DNA of 64,000 nt from a candidate division WWE3 bacterium (GTDB taxonomy: Bacteria; Patescibacteriota; WWE3; UBA101185; UBA10185), in the NCBI GenBank assembly GCA_052035175.1, contig JBPOHV010000001.1:523338-587337 (forward strand), written 5' to 3'. Below, in pieces: positions 1 through 9,900 of the stretch (positions are counted from its first letter, which is position 1; each line of letters begins with the position of its first letter). Below the pieces are notes generated by a model that worked only from the letters and a program-made list of their open reading frames with translations, had not been told where the DNA came from and did no database searches. Both the position numbers and the translations under genes were made by a program.

Positions 1-72
1 AGAACCTAAATTCGCAAGAGGAATTAAAATCTATCGATAATGAAGTTTCTTTTTCGCTGGATTAAACCAGTT

Positions 73-110
73 CAAAATAAACAAAAGAGGCCTTAACAAG
101 TTAAGGCCTC
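73..110 (-). terminator. Intrinsic terminator downstream of the RelA/SpoT-family gene
   Basis: 10-bp perfect stem gaggccttaa/ttaaggcctc (87-96/101-110) with loop CAAG. On the minus strand it is followed by a T-rich run (73-86). A second hairpin with the same CAAG loop lies at 116-140. Confidence 0.5.
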
Positions 111-204
111 ATTAGTGTGAGCGATACAAGTATCACTCACATAGTTAATATACAAAACTCTTAGTTATTTGTCAACTATTTATTCATGCAGATCTGTAGA
201 AGGT

Positions 205-1578
205 TTATGGCAAAAGTTTCCGAATTTCAGATTTTGCCTTTCTTGTTTTAACAAAGCCTAACCAATCTATATTAGCATTGATTTTCTTTTGACGCTCAAT
301 CCTGACATAATCACCAGTTTTGAGTTTATGCGACAAAGAAACATAGTGATTATTAACATATCCACCACAACAATGATTTCCCATATCGGTATGAAGTTCA
401 TAAGCAAAATCGACAATACAAGCTCCAAAAGGCAATTGGACAATATCGCCTTTGGGAGTAAATACATAAATATACTTCGAGAAAGGTGTAATTACTTTTA
501 CTGTCTTAGTATCCAATGCTAACTCACCAATATTTAAATCTTTAAACCAAAAGTTGTCTTGTTTTGTATATTTTATAAACTTGTCGTATGCAGCAGACGT
601 TGTGCCTTTATCACCTAGCTTATATAACAGATGAGATGCTGGGCCGTATTCATTGTACTCGTGCATTTTATGCGTGCGTATTTGTATCTCGATATTTAAA
701 TTGTGACTTATTCTAAAGATATTATGCAACGACTGATATCCAGATTTCCTTGGAGTACTAATATAATCGTCTCTCAATTCTGGGTAATTCTGCCATATAG
801 ACTTTAAAATATCTTCGACGATATAGCATTCTTCTGTTGTATTAACAAGTATTCTAGCGGCTACTAAATCATCTGGTTTGGCGTTTCGATAACTTATTTT
901 CTTATAAATGCTGTATATACCCTTTAACCTATAATACATATCGCATTTAATGTTATTTTCTTCTAAAATCGCTTTTACAAACTGTATAACATCGTCCATT
1001 GTTATTCTCAGATAGTCTTTTTCCGTATTTATTTCGGTATTGATCTTGTGATATTGAAAGGGATCGAGAATTTTAAAGCCGTTATCTTCCAAAAGTGTAG
1101 AAAGCTTTCCTAATCCTAGCATTTTTGCCAATGGGCTATAAAAAGAAACAGCTCTAGCTGCTGTATCAATCCTTTTATCCGGCTCCAAAGCAACTGCAGT
1201 CTTTATATTATCCAACCGTTCGAACAATCTTAAAGTAAGCGCTCGCATATCATCCGAGGCGTTTATATAGGTCTGAATGGCGTAAGCTTCGTTGCTGAGC
1301 TTATTAGATTGTATATGTATCTTTTTAAATTTGTTATAGGCCTTATTGAGCTCGATAACTGTAGGTGAAAAGTTTAAATTTTTAGCATGATCTGACGTGC
1401 AATGTTCCACGTCGTGTATTAAGGCTGCATTTAAAATATCGTCTGATGTGATTTTGAAATTTACTAATGTATCGTATAACCGCAAAGAGTGGTCGTAATA
1501 AGAGTCACCATATGCACGAGGCTTATGTGCTAAGTGTTTGTGTGCGTATTTTTTGTATAAATCTATATTTTTTGGCAT
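205..1578 (-). CDS. RelA/SpoT-homolog (p)ppGpp synthetase/hydrolase, short form (HD + synthetase + TGS, no ACT)
   Basis: 457 aa. N-terminal HD motif (HDVEHCT). Synthetase-like region (YQSLHNIF). C-terminal TGS domain (VFTPKGDIVQLPFGACIVDFAYELHTDMGNHCCGGYVN...LKTGDYVRI). Confidence 0.8.
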   Translation of the reverse strand: MPKNIDLYKKYAHKHLAHKPRAYGDSYYDHSLRLYDTLVNFKITSDDILNAALIHDVEHCTSDHAKNLNFSPTVIELNKAYNKFKKIHIQSNKLSNEAYAIQTYINASDDMRALTLRLFERLDNIKTAVALEPDKRIDTAARAVSFYSPLAKMLGLGKLSTLLEDNGFKILDPFQYHKINTEINTEKDYLRITMDDVIQFVKAILEENNIKCDMYYRLKGIYSIYKKISYRNAKPDDLVAARILVNTTEECYIVEDILKSIWQNYPELRDDYISTPRKSGYQSLHNIFRISHNLNIEIQIRTHKMHEYNEYGPASHLLYKLGDKGTTSAAYDKFIKYTKQDNFWFKDLNIGELALDTKTVKVITPFSKYIYVFTPKGDIVQLPFGACIVDFAYELHTDMGNHCCGGYVNNHYVSLSHKLKTGDYVRIERQKKINANIDWLGFVKTRKAKSEIRKLLP

Positions 1579-1706
1579 AAAAAAACCCCGTCTTTGCGGG
1601 GTAATCAGTTTTTATTAAATTTAATACCCCAAATTCTATATACGCCTTCTTGCAAAGTTAATAATAAGTGTTTGGGACATATTTGTGCTAGTTCTAGTGG
1701 CTAGTT

Positions 1707-4364
1707 GTGCCATATGTACTGATTTTATGGTCTTTGCTTTATATAGTCAACATGTATTCATTCTATTTAATTCGGCAATCTGCTACCATTTATACAATGG
1801 ACAATACTAGACAATTGAAACATCTTATTTACTGGATATCAGTGGGTTGCGCTGTAGAGCTATCTACATTGATGTTTAGGTTAGTCAAAGTCTTAAATGG
1901 TCAATTTGATTTTACGCTCAATTTAAGACTGCTTTTTACTCCTTTATTTGGTGATTATACTTTTATAGGCAGATTAATAGGTTTTTTTACAAGAATTGTA
2001 TTTATAATTTTTGGTTTGATCTTTGTTGGTGTTGTTTCTGTAGTAGCTTTATTATTACCTATAGTTTGGTATGTTTTACCGCTAATTTTAATAAAAGTAT
2101 TAGGGTTTTTGCTGACATTTTGTCTTTACGCAGTTATTTTCCTTATAAAGTACTTAAGTTTTAAAAATCTTCCAGCTAAAAGAATTTCTAAAGTTACTAA
2201 TCTAAGTTGTGCGCAAGCTTTTCGACCAGCGGCTTTGGACATATCAAATGGTATACAAGCCAATTATCTAAATGCTCTCGAAATGATGCATAAAAGTTCT
2301 CAAATTAAAGAATTGTTGTTATTGGCCGAATTGAGTATAGAAGATATCTTTTCAAAACTGAGAGATATGCATATTGATGTTGTAGATATACGATCAAAAG
2401 CTTATGCATACGCAACAAATAATAAGTCACGCTTTATCGAGTTAGAACATGTTTTTGTTTCATTGATATCTTGTATTCCAAATACAAATGTTTTTTTGTC
2501 TGTCTTTGGAATAAAGCTAGAAACTTTGGAAAATGCTGCTTCGTGGTTGGTCGACCAACGTGAACAATTGGCAAAAGTTTATATATGGCAGTCTGATTTT
2601 GAAATGCCTAGATCTGCCGGCTTTGGCCATGGAATGACCGGTAGAGTTACACATCACCTTGATGATATATCTGAAGATTTTACCCAAATGGCCAAAGCCG
2701 GCATGTTTAAACGAATTGTTGGTAGAGAAGATGAAATTAAAAAAGTAGCCGATCTTATGGGAGGCAAAAATATTAATATACTGCTTATGGGCGAACCTGG
2801 CAGCGGCAAAACTACTATAGTGAAAGGAATAGCGCATAAAATAGTATACGGTCTTGATTATGATACTTTGAAAAATAAGCGCATAGTAAGTGTAGAATTT
2901 AGCGGTTTATTATCCGGTGCAAAAACATCTGGTGATATTGCAGAAAAATTGCGTCTTGCTTTTGATGATATCCGCAAATCAAAAGATATTATTGTGTTTA
3001 TAGACGAAATTCATACTTTAGCGGCTGGCGTTTCAAATGACGGTTCCGGTGCTTCTAGTGTGTTTGCTATGCTTGAACCTTATCTTTCTGCAGGAGATAT
3101 TCAGTTTATTGGAGCTACCAATGTTTCAAATTATCGAAAGTTTATAGAGCCAAATGGTGCTTTTGCACGTCTTTTTGAAACTGTTGAAATACCACAATCA
3201 AGTTATCAAGACACAATAGATATTCTCAAAGTAAGCGCACACGAATATGCAGCTGAATTCAATATACATATTACATACCTTGCTCTAGAAAAGATTGTTT
3301 CGTTGAGCGAACGCCTCATTCATGAGCGTGTTTTACCAGATAAGGCCTTGGATATTTTGAATAGAAGTTGTGTTGAGGTTAGTAAAACTACAAAGTATCT
3401 AGATTCGAAAACTGTAGAAAGTGTTATAGCCGATTTTACGCACATCCCTGTAGATGCATTAGACGAAGACGAATCAAAAAAGCTTTTAGCTCTTGAAGAT
3501 GAAATGAAAAAAAGAGTAATTGGTCAAGACCATGCAATTACACAGATAGTGGCAGCTCTTAAAAGAGCCCGTTTGGGGATACGTGACGCGAATAAGCCAA
3601 TTGCAAGCTTTTTATTTGTAGGTACAACTGGCGTAGGTAAAACTGAAACAGCAAAAACTCTTAGTGAGACTTTCTTTGGTGGAGCTAATGCGATGATTCG
3701 CTTTGATATGAGCGAATATCAAACGCCAGATAGTATTAATAAACTAATAGGAAATTCTGATGGTAGCACTACAGGCATTTTGACCGATCAAGTAAGGTCC
3801 AAACCCTTTTCGTTAATATTATTAGATGAAATAGAAAAAGCCCATTCCGAAATACTTCTTACGTTTTTACAAGTTTTAGATGATGGTCGTATAACAGACT
3901 CAACTGGCAGAGTCATTGATTTTACAAATAGCATAATAATTGCAACCAGCAACACTGGTACTAGAGAAATCCAAACTGTCTTTGATAAAAACGGAACTTT
4001 TGATGAAATGCAAAATGCGGCCATGTCTAGTGTGAGAGAACATTTTGCTCCAGAGTTTTTAAATCGGTTCACAAGCATTATTGTATTCAACCCATTAAGT
4101 ATAGAAAATGTTAAAAAGATTGCTCTTTTGATGCTAAACAAGGTTAAGAAGTTGGCAGATGCAAAAAACATAACTTTAACTTTTTCAAATGACTTGTTAG
4201 ATGAAATTATAAAGCGCGGCTACAATCCTCAATGGGGTGCAAGACCTTTAGCTAGAGTTATCGAGGACACTGTCGAAACATATATAGCAGATAAACTGCT
4301 ACGCAACGAAATGAAACCCGGAGATGTCATCGAATTAACAGGGACAGTCCTAAAGAGTCCCTAA
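1707..4364 (+). CDS. clpC: ClpC/ClpB-family AAA+ chaperone ATPase (two NBDs, Clp_N repeats) with an unusual hydrophobic N-terminal extension
   Basis: 885 aa. Clp_N repeat. Walker A in NBD1 (GEPGSGKTT) and NBD2 (GTTGVGKTE). Sensor and ClpB_D2-small region. The first ~160 aa contain 2-3 predicted TM helices; the true start may be internal (M31). Confidence 0.8.
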   Translation: MPYVLILWSLLYIVNMYSFYLIRQSATIYTMDNTRQLKHLIYWISVGCAVELSTLMFRLVKVLNGQFDFTLNLRLLFTPLFGDYTFIGRLIGFFTRIVFIIFGLIFVGVVSVVALLLPIVWYVLPLILIKVLGFLLTFCLYAVIFLIKYLSFKNLPAKRISKVTNLSCAQAFRPAALDISNGIQANYLNALEMMHKSSQIKELLLLAELSIEDIFSKLRDMHIDVVDIRSKAYAYATNNKSRFIELEHVFVSLISCIPNTNVFLSVFGIKLETLENAASWLVDQREQLAKVYIWQSDFEMPRSAGFGHGMTGRVTHHLDDISEDFTQMAKAGMFKRIVGREDEIKKVADLMGGKNINILLMGEPGSGKTTIVKGIAHKIVYGLDYDTLKNKRIVSVEFSGLLSGAKTSGDIAEKLRLAFDDIRKSKDIIVFIDEIHTLAAGVSNDGSGASSVFAMLEPYLSAGDIQFIGATNVSNYRKFIEPNGAFARLFETVEIPQSSYQDTIDILKVSAHEYAAEFNIHITYLALEKIVSLSERLIHERVLPDKALDILNRSCVEVSKTTKYLDSKTVESVIADFTHIPVDALDEDESKKLLALEDEMKKRVIGQDHAITQIVAALKRARLGIRDANKPIASFLFVGTTGVGKTETAKTLSETFFGGANAMIRFDMSEYQTPDSINKLIGNSDGSTTGILTDQVRSKPFSLILLDEIEKAHSEILLTFLQVLDDGRITDSTGRVIDFTNSIIIATSNTGTREIQTVFDKNGTFDEMQNAAMSSVREHFAPEFLNRFTSIIVFNPLSIENVKKIALLMLNKVKKLADAKNITLTFSNDLLDEIIKRGYNPQWGARPLARVIEDTVETYIADKLLRNEMKPGDVIELTGTVLKSP

Positions 4365-4545
4365 CCCAACGCTTTTCCTTTAGTAGAAGGACTTCGTTTT
4401 GTTGTATTACCAAACTATGTACCTGAGGACACTTGTTTGCACTTGGTTTAGTTTATTCTAAAAGCTTTTTTCGAAGGACAGTCCTCAAATTCCAACATTT
4501 TCATGGATAACCATTGTACCTAGAGGGTCCGTTTAGGACTGTCCC
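4341..4545. repeat. Repeat family A copies at the clpC–dinB junction (4341-4362, 4476-4484, 4525-4545)
   Basis: GGGACAGTCCTAAAGAGTCCC overlaps the clpC stop. AAGGACAGTCCTCAAA. GGGTCCGTTTAGGACTGTCCC. The core GGAC(A/T)GTCC is palindromic. Confidence 0.6.
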
Positions 4546-4556
4546 TTTATACCTTC

Positions 4557-4826
4557 GTGTTTTCTTCGGTGTATAATGAGCACATGTACACCAATCTGAA
4601 TGATGCAGTAGATGTAATATGCTCAGGTGCAAAGTTAACCCCGATTGGAATAATTTGGAAAACTCAAAAGTACAAAATCACAAAAATAGGTTATCACCAT
4701 ACATTTACAAATGGAAACACCTTGTATCACACATTTTCTGTTGTTTCTAACAAAATATTTTTCAAATTAGTATTTAATAGCAAAACACTTATCTGGACGT
4801 TGGAAAGTACTTATGAAGAACTTTAA
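4557..4826 (+). CDS. Hypothetical small protein (doubtful)
   Basis: 89-aa ORF immediately after the repeat-A copy at 4525-4545. No recognisable motifs. It may be non-coding leader sequence. Confidence 0.15.
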   Translation: MFSSVYNEHMYTNLNDAVDVICSGAKLTPIGIIWKTQKYKITKIGYHHTFTNGNTLYHTFSVVSNKIFFKLVFNSKTLIWTLESTYEEL

Positions 4827-6039
4827 TCAGGCAATTCCAAGAAAAATGCATATCGATATAAATTCGTGTTTTGCTACGATCGAGCAACAAGCAAATCCTC
4901 TTTTACGAGATCGGCCTATAGCAGTAGCTGCAAGAAATTACTCTTACGGTACAATTGTAGCTTCTTCTTATGAAGCTAAAAAACTTGGTATTAAAGTAGG
5001 TACAAAAGTTAACGAAGCCAAAAAGCTTTGCCCTAAAATAGTAATAGTCGAACCAGATCCTGCTAAATACCGTGATGTACATATAAAAATCAAAGCTTTA
5101 TTAGGTAGGTATACTGATAAAGTAATTCCAAAGTCTATTGACGAATTTGTTTTAGACTTTTCTCATAAATCATTTGATAAGCTTGATCTTTTTGAAATTG
5201 GTAAGCAAGTAAAAGCTGATATACGGGCAAAAGTAGGCGAATATATTAGTGTATCTATCGGTATTGGGACAAATAGGTTCTTGGCAAAGACAGCGTCAAA
5301 TCTTAAAAAGCCTGATGGATTAGAATTTATCGACCATACAAATGCTACAAGTGTATATCAAAAACTGTCACTTATTGATTTACACGGGATAAACAAAGGA
5401 TTTGCTTCACGTTTGGCTGGAATAGGTATATTTAATGCATACGACTTTTTGTTGGCAAGTCCACAAGCTTTGAACTCAGCTTTCAGGTCTATAAATTCTT
5501 ATCAATGGTATTTGCGCTTACGCGGATGGGAAACCGACGAATCAGATTATTCTAGAAAAAGTTTTAGTAATTCTTATGTTTTACCAAAATCAACTAAAGA
5601 TATTACTGAGATATCTGCAATATTGATGAAGTTAGTTTTCAACACAACTCAACGACTGCGCGCTCATAAATTTAGAGCAAAAGGTATCCATTTGGGAATT
5701 TTGTTTGGAGATAAGTCTTATTGGCATAAAGGTACTATTTTGACATCCGATTTATCTGACACTAGTGCTCTGTATAAAGTGTTTTTTAGATTAATGTACG
5801 CATGCCCTGATATACATACAAAACCAGTCAAACAGATTTCTGAGGCATGTTTTTATCTAACACCGGCGAGCACATTACAATTGGAGTTGTTTCAAAATAA
5901 ACCAAAGCAAGAAAATATTACAAAAGCTATGGATAGTATAAATAATACTTGGGGAGATTTTACACTTGTACCTGCGAGAATGGTACATACCAAAGATCAC
6001 GCCAAAGATACTATCGCATTTGGTAACGTACGAGCATAA
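4813..6039 (+). CDS. dinB: Y-family DNA polymerase IV (DinB)
   Basis: 408 aa. N-terminus RKMHIDINSCFATIEQ...RDRPIAVA matches the DinB/UmuC catalytic core (HVDMDCFFA...PV-V). Confidence 0.85.
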   Translation: MKNFNQAIPRKMHIDINSCFATIEQQANPLLRDRPIAVAARNYSYGTIVASSYEAKKLGIKVGTKVNEAKKLCPKIVIVEPDPAKYRDVHIKIKALLGRYTDKVIPKSIDEFVLDFSHKSFDKLDLFEIGKQVKADIRAKVGEYISVSIGIGTNRFLAKTASNLKKPDGLEFIDHTNATSVYQKLSLIDLHGINKGFASRLAGIGIFNAYDFLLASPQALNSAFRSINSYQWYLRLRGWETDESDYSRKSFSNSYVLPKSTKDITEISAILMKLVFNTTQRLRAHKFRAKGIHLGILFGDKSYWHKGTILTSDLSDTSALYKVFFRLMYACPDIHTKPVKQISEACFYLTPASTLQLELFQNKPKQENITKAMDSINNTWGDFTLVPARMVHTKDHAKDTIAFGNVRA

Positions 6040-6563
6040 GCTACTAAGTCTTTGCAAAAATACATTCCGTGGACGCCTGGTTCTCGTTCGTCTTCGATAG
6101 TTTTATAAAGAGTAAAATCAAACTTTTGCCAAAGTCTCAAAGACGCTGCATTAGTCGACCATGTCGTAAGACTTACTTTTTCAGAGTTTTGTTCAACCAA
6201 TTCTGTCAAAACTTCATTTACTAATCTTGTACCTACACCTTTACGCCATGTATTTGGAGATACCATTATGCAAACAAAGTAAGCTCCGTCAAAAGGTTCG
6301 AAATAGCCAAAACCAGCCGCGAAACCAATAATTGAGTTATCGTCTGGATCAACCGCTACAAAAGCAAATGGCAATTTGGGTTCAAAAGCTTTACCATACT
6401 TTTTCTGTATATAATCTGGGTTGTTACCGGTAGCGTAGTTGTAATAACCTTCCAATGAGGTACGCGAGTCTAATGGAGGGACAAAATAATTGCCAACGTC
6501 TTGAAACAATTTTATGATGCCTTCTTTATCTTGATCAACTATTTTTCTAACAAGCATAAGCAC
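5997..6563 (-). CDS. GNAT family N-acetyltransferase
   Basis: 188 aa. Acetyl-CoA binding motif RKGVGTRLV and a GNAT-like beta-alpha core. Convergent 43-bp overlap with the dinB end. Confidence 0.55.
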   Translation of the reverse strand: MLMLVRKIVDQDKEGIIKLFQDVGNYFVPPLDSRTSLEGYYNYATGNNPDYIQKKYGKAFEPKLPFAFVAVDPDDNSIIGFAAGFGYFEPFDGAYFVCIMVSPNTWRKGVGTRLVNEVLTELVEQNSEKVSLTTWSTNAASLRLWQKFDFTLYKTIEDEREPGVHGMYFCKDLVAYARTLPNAIVSLA

Positions 6564-6628
6564 CTTTATACATAATATTTTCTGTAAGTTCCATATTTCT
6601 TTCCTCCAAATATTATAGTATACTATTC

Positions 6629-7282
6629 GTGTTATCTACAGAGGCAGTGGAAACAATGAAACAGACAGAAACATATATTAAAACCGCATATTTCGTGGCA
6701 TCAGTACAAGGAAAAGAAAATTGGGATTCCCAGTATCAATTAATTGCAAATATTCTAGCCAAACTAAAGTGTGATGTGAGCACTACAATGCTCGAACTTA
6801 CCCAAAAAGATATCGAAAAAATGAATGATGAGCAGTTCAAATCGCATTTACTAGATAGTCAAAGGTATATCAAAGATAATGACATATTTATTGCAGAAGT
6901 TAGCAGCTCAAGTTCTCATGTGGGTTATGAAGTAGGCTATGCAGTAGCACACGCAAAACCAGTTTTGCTCTTGAGACACGATACTGCATCTCATCACACA
7001 GCACCAGCTTTCAGAGGTAATCCATCAAAACTGGTGACTCTTTCTATGTACAATGAAAAAAATCTAGAAAGCAAAATCAAAGCATTTTTGCGAAAAGCAG
7101 AAAAAGGTATTTTTGTAAAAAGACTTCCAATCGAATTCACTCAAGGACAAGTCGAATACGTGCAATATCGTCAAGGTATTGGTGCACGTAAATCTTTTAA
7201 CGCTACAATAAGACAACTCATCGAAGAAGCCATGGCCAAAGACAAAGTTTATAAAGACTTCAGAACTCTAGAAGAAGAGTAA
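6629..7282 (+). CDS. Nucleoside 2-deoxyribosyltransferase-like protein
   Basis: 217 aa. Motif SSSHVGYEVGYAVAHAKPVLLL resembles the NDT/Rcl-family G-x-x-x-E-x-G-x-A nucleophile region. A start at M10 is possible. Confidence 0.4.
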   Translation: MLSTEAVETMKQTETYIKTAYFVASVQGKENWDSQYQLIANILAKLKCDVSTTMLELTQKDIEKMNDEQFKSHLLDSQRYIKDNDIFIAEVSSSSSHVGYEVGYAVAHAKPVLLLRHDTASHHTAPAFRGNPSKLVTLSMYNEKNLESKIKAFLRKAEKGIFVKRLPIEFTQGQVEYVQYRQGIGARKSFNATIRQLIEEAMAKDKVYKDFRTLEEE

Positions 7283-7312
7283 TCCTTTTTTACATTTGAA
7301 TGCATTAGCTTA

Positions 7313-7358
7313 GTTCTCGCAGCGCAGGATGATATGCAGCCGTCCAAGCGAGAAAACT
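7313..7358. repeat. Hairpin with conserved 20-nt loop motif AGGATGATATGCAGCCGTCC (copy 1)
   Basis: Stem ttctcgc/gcgagaa flanks the 20-mer at 7326-7345. An identical 20-mer occurs at 9846-9865. Sits between convergent genes. Confidence 0.6.
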
Positions 7359-7384
7359 TAGATAATGCAGAACACAACATGAAT

Positions 7385-8149
7385 CTATAATTTAGTTAAT
7401 ATTTCATAACCTTCTTTAGTCACCAAAACAGTATGTTCAACTTGAACAAAATCAGATTTATCTAAAGTTTCTGTTTCCCAATAACCCTTGTGCTTGAGCC
7501 TATAACTACCTTCAGTAATCAAGGGTTCTATACATACAGTCATACCTGTGTGAAGTGTTGGACCTTGCTTTATATTGCCATAACAAGGAATAGTAGGGTC
7601 CTCATGCATTTCTTTGCCAATACCATGCCCTGCATAATCGCGTAAGACTCCATAACCCGCTGACTCTGCGATAGTTTGCATAGTATTTGAAAGTAATCCA
7701 ACTTTGACACCATCTTTGATTTCAGAAATAGTCGACATTAGAGCTTGCTCAGCAACTTGTATCAATTTCTTCCGTTTTGCAGAAATCTCACCAATAGGAA
7801 CCACAATTGCGCTATCTAAATAAAAACCTTTGTAATTTATAACTGTATCCAATTTCAAGATATCTCCAGATTTCAGTTTTATTTTTTTTGTGGGGAAATT
7901 GTGTAATGCTTGATTATTGACGCCTACACATAATCCAGCAGGGTATGGAGGATAACCATAAGGAGCATAACCTTTACATGCGGGCTTTACTCCAAAGTCT
8001 TTGCACAAATTCAAAAACATCACCTCTAAATCCCAAGTGGTTAGTCCAACTTCAGCCTTTTGGCTTAAGATCTGATATATTTGTGCTAGTATTTTGCCCC
8101 CCAAGCGCATTTCTGCGATTTCGGTAGGTGTTTTGATTAGTGAGGTCAT
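7385..8149 (-). CDS. map: Type I methionine aminopeptidase
   Basis: 254 aa. Pita-bread fold motifs including GHGIG, EPL and a metal-binding D/D/H/E/E pattern (FVQVEHTVLVT). Confidence 0.85.
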   Translation of the reverse strand: MTSLIKTPTEIAEMRLGGKILAQIYQILSQKAEVGLTTWDLEVMFLNLCKDFGVKPACKGYAPYGYPPYPAGLCVGVNNQALHNFPTKKIKLKSGDILKLDTVINYKGFYLDSAIVVPIGEISAKRKKLIQVAEQALMSTISEIKDGVKVGLLSNTMQTIAESAGYGVLRDYAGHGIGKEMHEDPTIPCYGNIKQGPTLHTGMTVCIEPLITEGSYRLKHKGYWETETLDKSDFVQVEHTVLVTKEGYEILTKL

Positions 8150-8176
8150 TTAGATATATAGTAACATTTAGTTGAA

Positions 8177-8737
8177 ATGATTGATAAATCTCAATTAACC
8201 AAGGTTAGTACTGGTACGTATGCTAATGTTTTTGTAAACAGTACACTTACGTACATCTTAAAAGAATATAGCTTAAACATAGATGTGAATAGCACTATGA
8301 AATTACTTGAAGACTACCTTTTGGCAAAAAATTTATTTAATCGACTTAACAGCAGTGCTTTTCAGATACCGCAAACTTATAATTTCTGTATTAAGTCAAA
8401 CCCTGTTGCTACAACACTATCACTTATAGAAGATTACTGTGGTACCAACATAAGAACTCTGTATAAGCAAAACCAGCTGAAATATCAAGAAAAAACTGAA
8501 AATATAAAAAAACTGATTATGCAATTGCCGGAGAATATGCCGATTGAAACTCACCCTGGAAATATCTGTGTTTTTAGGGATTCATACTACATAGTAGATT
8601 TTTTTCCCCCTTTCCCACACTTTGGTTTTTATGCTTTTGAAAATAGCTTTTATGAAGAGGCAAGACTCCTAAGAAAACTTTCACGATATTACAATAATAA
8701 CTTGCGGGTACAGAAGTTTGAATTCTATCTAAACTAA
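8177..8737 (+). CDS. Hypothetical protein
   Basis: 186-aa ORF with no recognisable motifs. Confidence 0.3.
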   Translation: MIDKSQLTKVSTGTYANVFVNSTLTYILKEYSLNIDVNSTMKLLEDYLLAKNLFNRLNSSAFQIPQTYNFCIKSNPVATTLSLIEDYCGTNIRTLYKQNQLKYQEKTENIKKLIMQLPENMPIETHPGNICVFRDSYYIVDFFPPFPHFGFYAFENSFYEEARLLRKLSRYYNNNLRVQKFEFYLN

Positions 8738-8804
8738 TTCCTATAGCCTTTATATGACTGTTCTTATACATTTAGACTTTTTAGTATTAATCTTTAACCT
8801 GCTA

Positions 8805-8895
8805 GGTTCGTTTAGGTCTGTCCCTTTTAACCTATGTAAAAGTACGCTATTTGCAGTCAACTAAATAAAAACAAAGGACAGTCCCTATCTAAACC
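8805..8895. repeat. Repeat family A pair (GGTTCGTTTAGGTCTGTCCC ... GGACAGTCCCTATCTAAACC), inverted orientation
   Basis: Copies at 8805-8824 and 8876-8895 in the 5' region of the SLT-like gene. Related to the copies at 4341, 4476, 4525, 12371 and 12431. Confidence 0.6.
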
Positions 8896-8904
8896 TGTAT
8901 AATT

Positions 8905-9627
8905 TTGCTAATGCAACTGTCTGTCGATGAACTCAAAAAACAAAAAGAACAGCTTATACACACACTTCAAACAAACTACCCAGAAGTATGCGCGTGGTTG
9001 GTAGATAATAAGTACGATCTCAATGATTTCAAAAAGCACACTATGTCATTGGCGGCTGCATTTGTTATAGCAGCTGGTGTAACTTCTACTTATCAAGTAA
9101 AAGAGTTTGGTGAATTACGCAAAGCTCAAGCGACAGTTTATAACGATAAGAAACTGAAAGAAGAACATATCGATAATCTCAAAGCCGAATATACTAGTGC
9201 TGAGGATCTTAAAGCTATAAATGTAATCGAAAACTATGGCGACTATATAAATGCCACTGCACAAAAATATGAACTAGACCCCAAAGTTATATTTGCTACT
9301 ATCATGGTCGAGTCGATGGGAAATCCCAAAGCGATACGCTATGAACCACAAATCAATGATGCAAGCTATGGATTAGGGCAAATACTTTATTCAACTGCCA
9401 AATATATCGGGTTTCAAGGCAGTACAGATCAGCTCTATGACCCTCAAACTAACATTGATCTTATTGGTAAATACCACAAAAGAACTTTGGATACTTATGG
9501 ACACGATTTATCAGATGAAAGCTTGGCAATTGCATATAATTCAGGAAATCCTTATGGTAAAGCAATTCCTGGTCATGTACAAAAATTTGATAAATGGCTA
9601 CAAAAAGCCGAGGAGTATAAATTATGA
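8905..9627 (+). CDS. Lytic transglycosylase (SLT domain) protein
   Basis: 240 aa. SLT catalytic motif (MVESMGNP, E in an ES motif) and SYGLGQIL (the GLMQ-like motif). Confidence 0.65.
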   Translation: MLMQLSVDELKKQKEQLIHTLQTNYPEVCAWLVDNKYDLNDFKKHTMSLAAAFVIAAGVTSTYQVKEFGELRKAQATVYNDKKLKEEHIDNLKAEYTSAEDLKAINVIENYGDYINATAQKYELDPKVIFATIMVESMGNPKAIRYEPQINDASYGLGQILYSTAKYIGFQGSTDQLYDPQTNIDLIGKYHKRTLDTYGHDLSDESLAIAYNSGNPYGKAIPGHVQKFDKWLQKAEEYKL

Positions 9628-9819
9628 TAGAAACTATAAATCCTGAAGTAATAACAACTCCTGCAGAAGCGTATAACGAAGTAATTGGGCTTGAAAGTTT
9701 ATTGGGATTATTAAATACTGCAAAAGCTCAAAAAGTGCCTACGAATCAAATGATTCAAATGGTCCAAGATATAATTAGTTAGCTTTGCAGAGATCTTAAT
9801 TTTTGCAGCGCATGTTAGA

Positions 9820-9893
9820 GCGATGCTAAGTGTTTTTTTGAGGTAAGGATGATATGCAGCCGTCCTTGCCGAAAAAAAATGCTTAGCGTCGCT
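9820..9893. repeat. Hairpin with conserved 20-nt loop motif AGGATGATATGCAGCCGTCC (copy 2)
   Basis: Long imperfect stem gcgatgctaagtgttttttt/aaaaaaaatgcttagcgtcgc encloses the 20-mer at 9846-9865. Sits between the convergent SLT and leuS genes. Confidence 0.6.
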
Positions 9894-9900
9894 TATGAAG

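Noticed and set aside
1-65. Partial plus-strand ORF ending at 65 (...NEVSFSLD*)
   Set aside because: Only ~20 codons are visible at the window edge, which is too short to support a call.
2517-4171. Antisense ORFs inside clpC (2517-2837 -, 3788-4171 -) and inside leuS, the ABC-F gene, the recombinase gene and others
   Set aside because: They are fully embedded antisense in strongly supported genes, so they are spurious.
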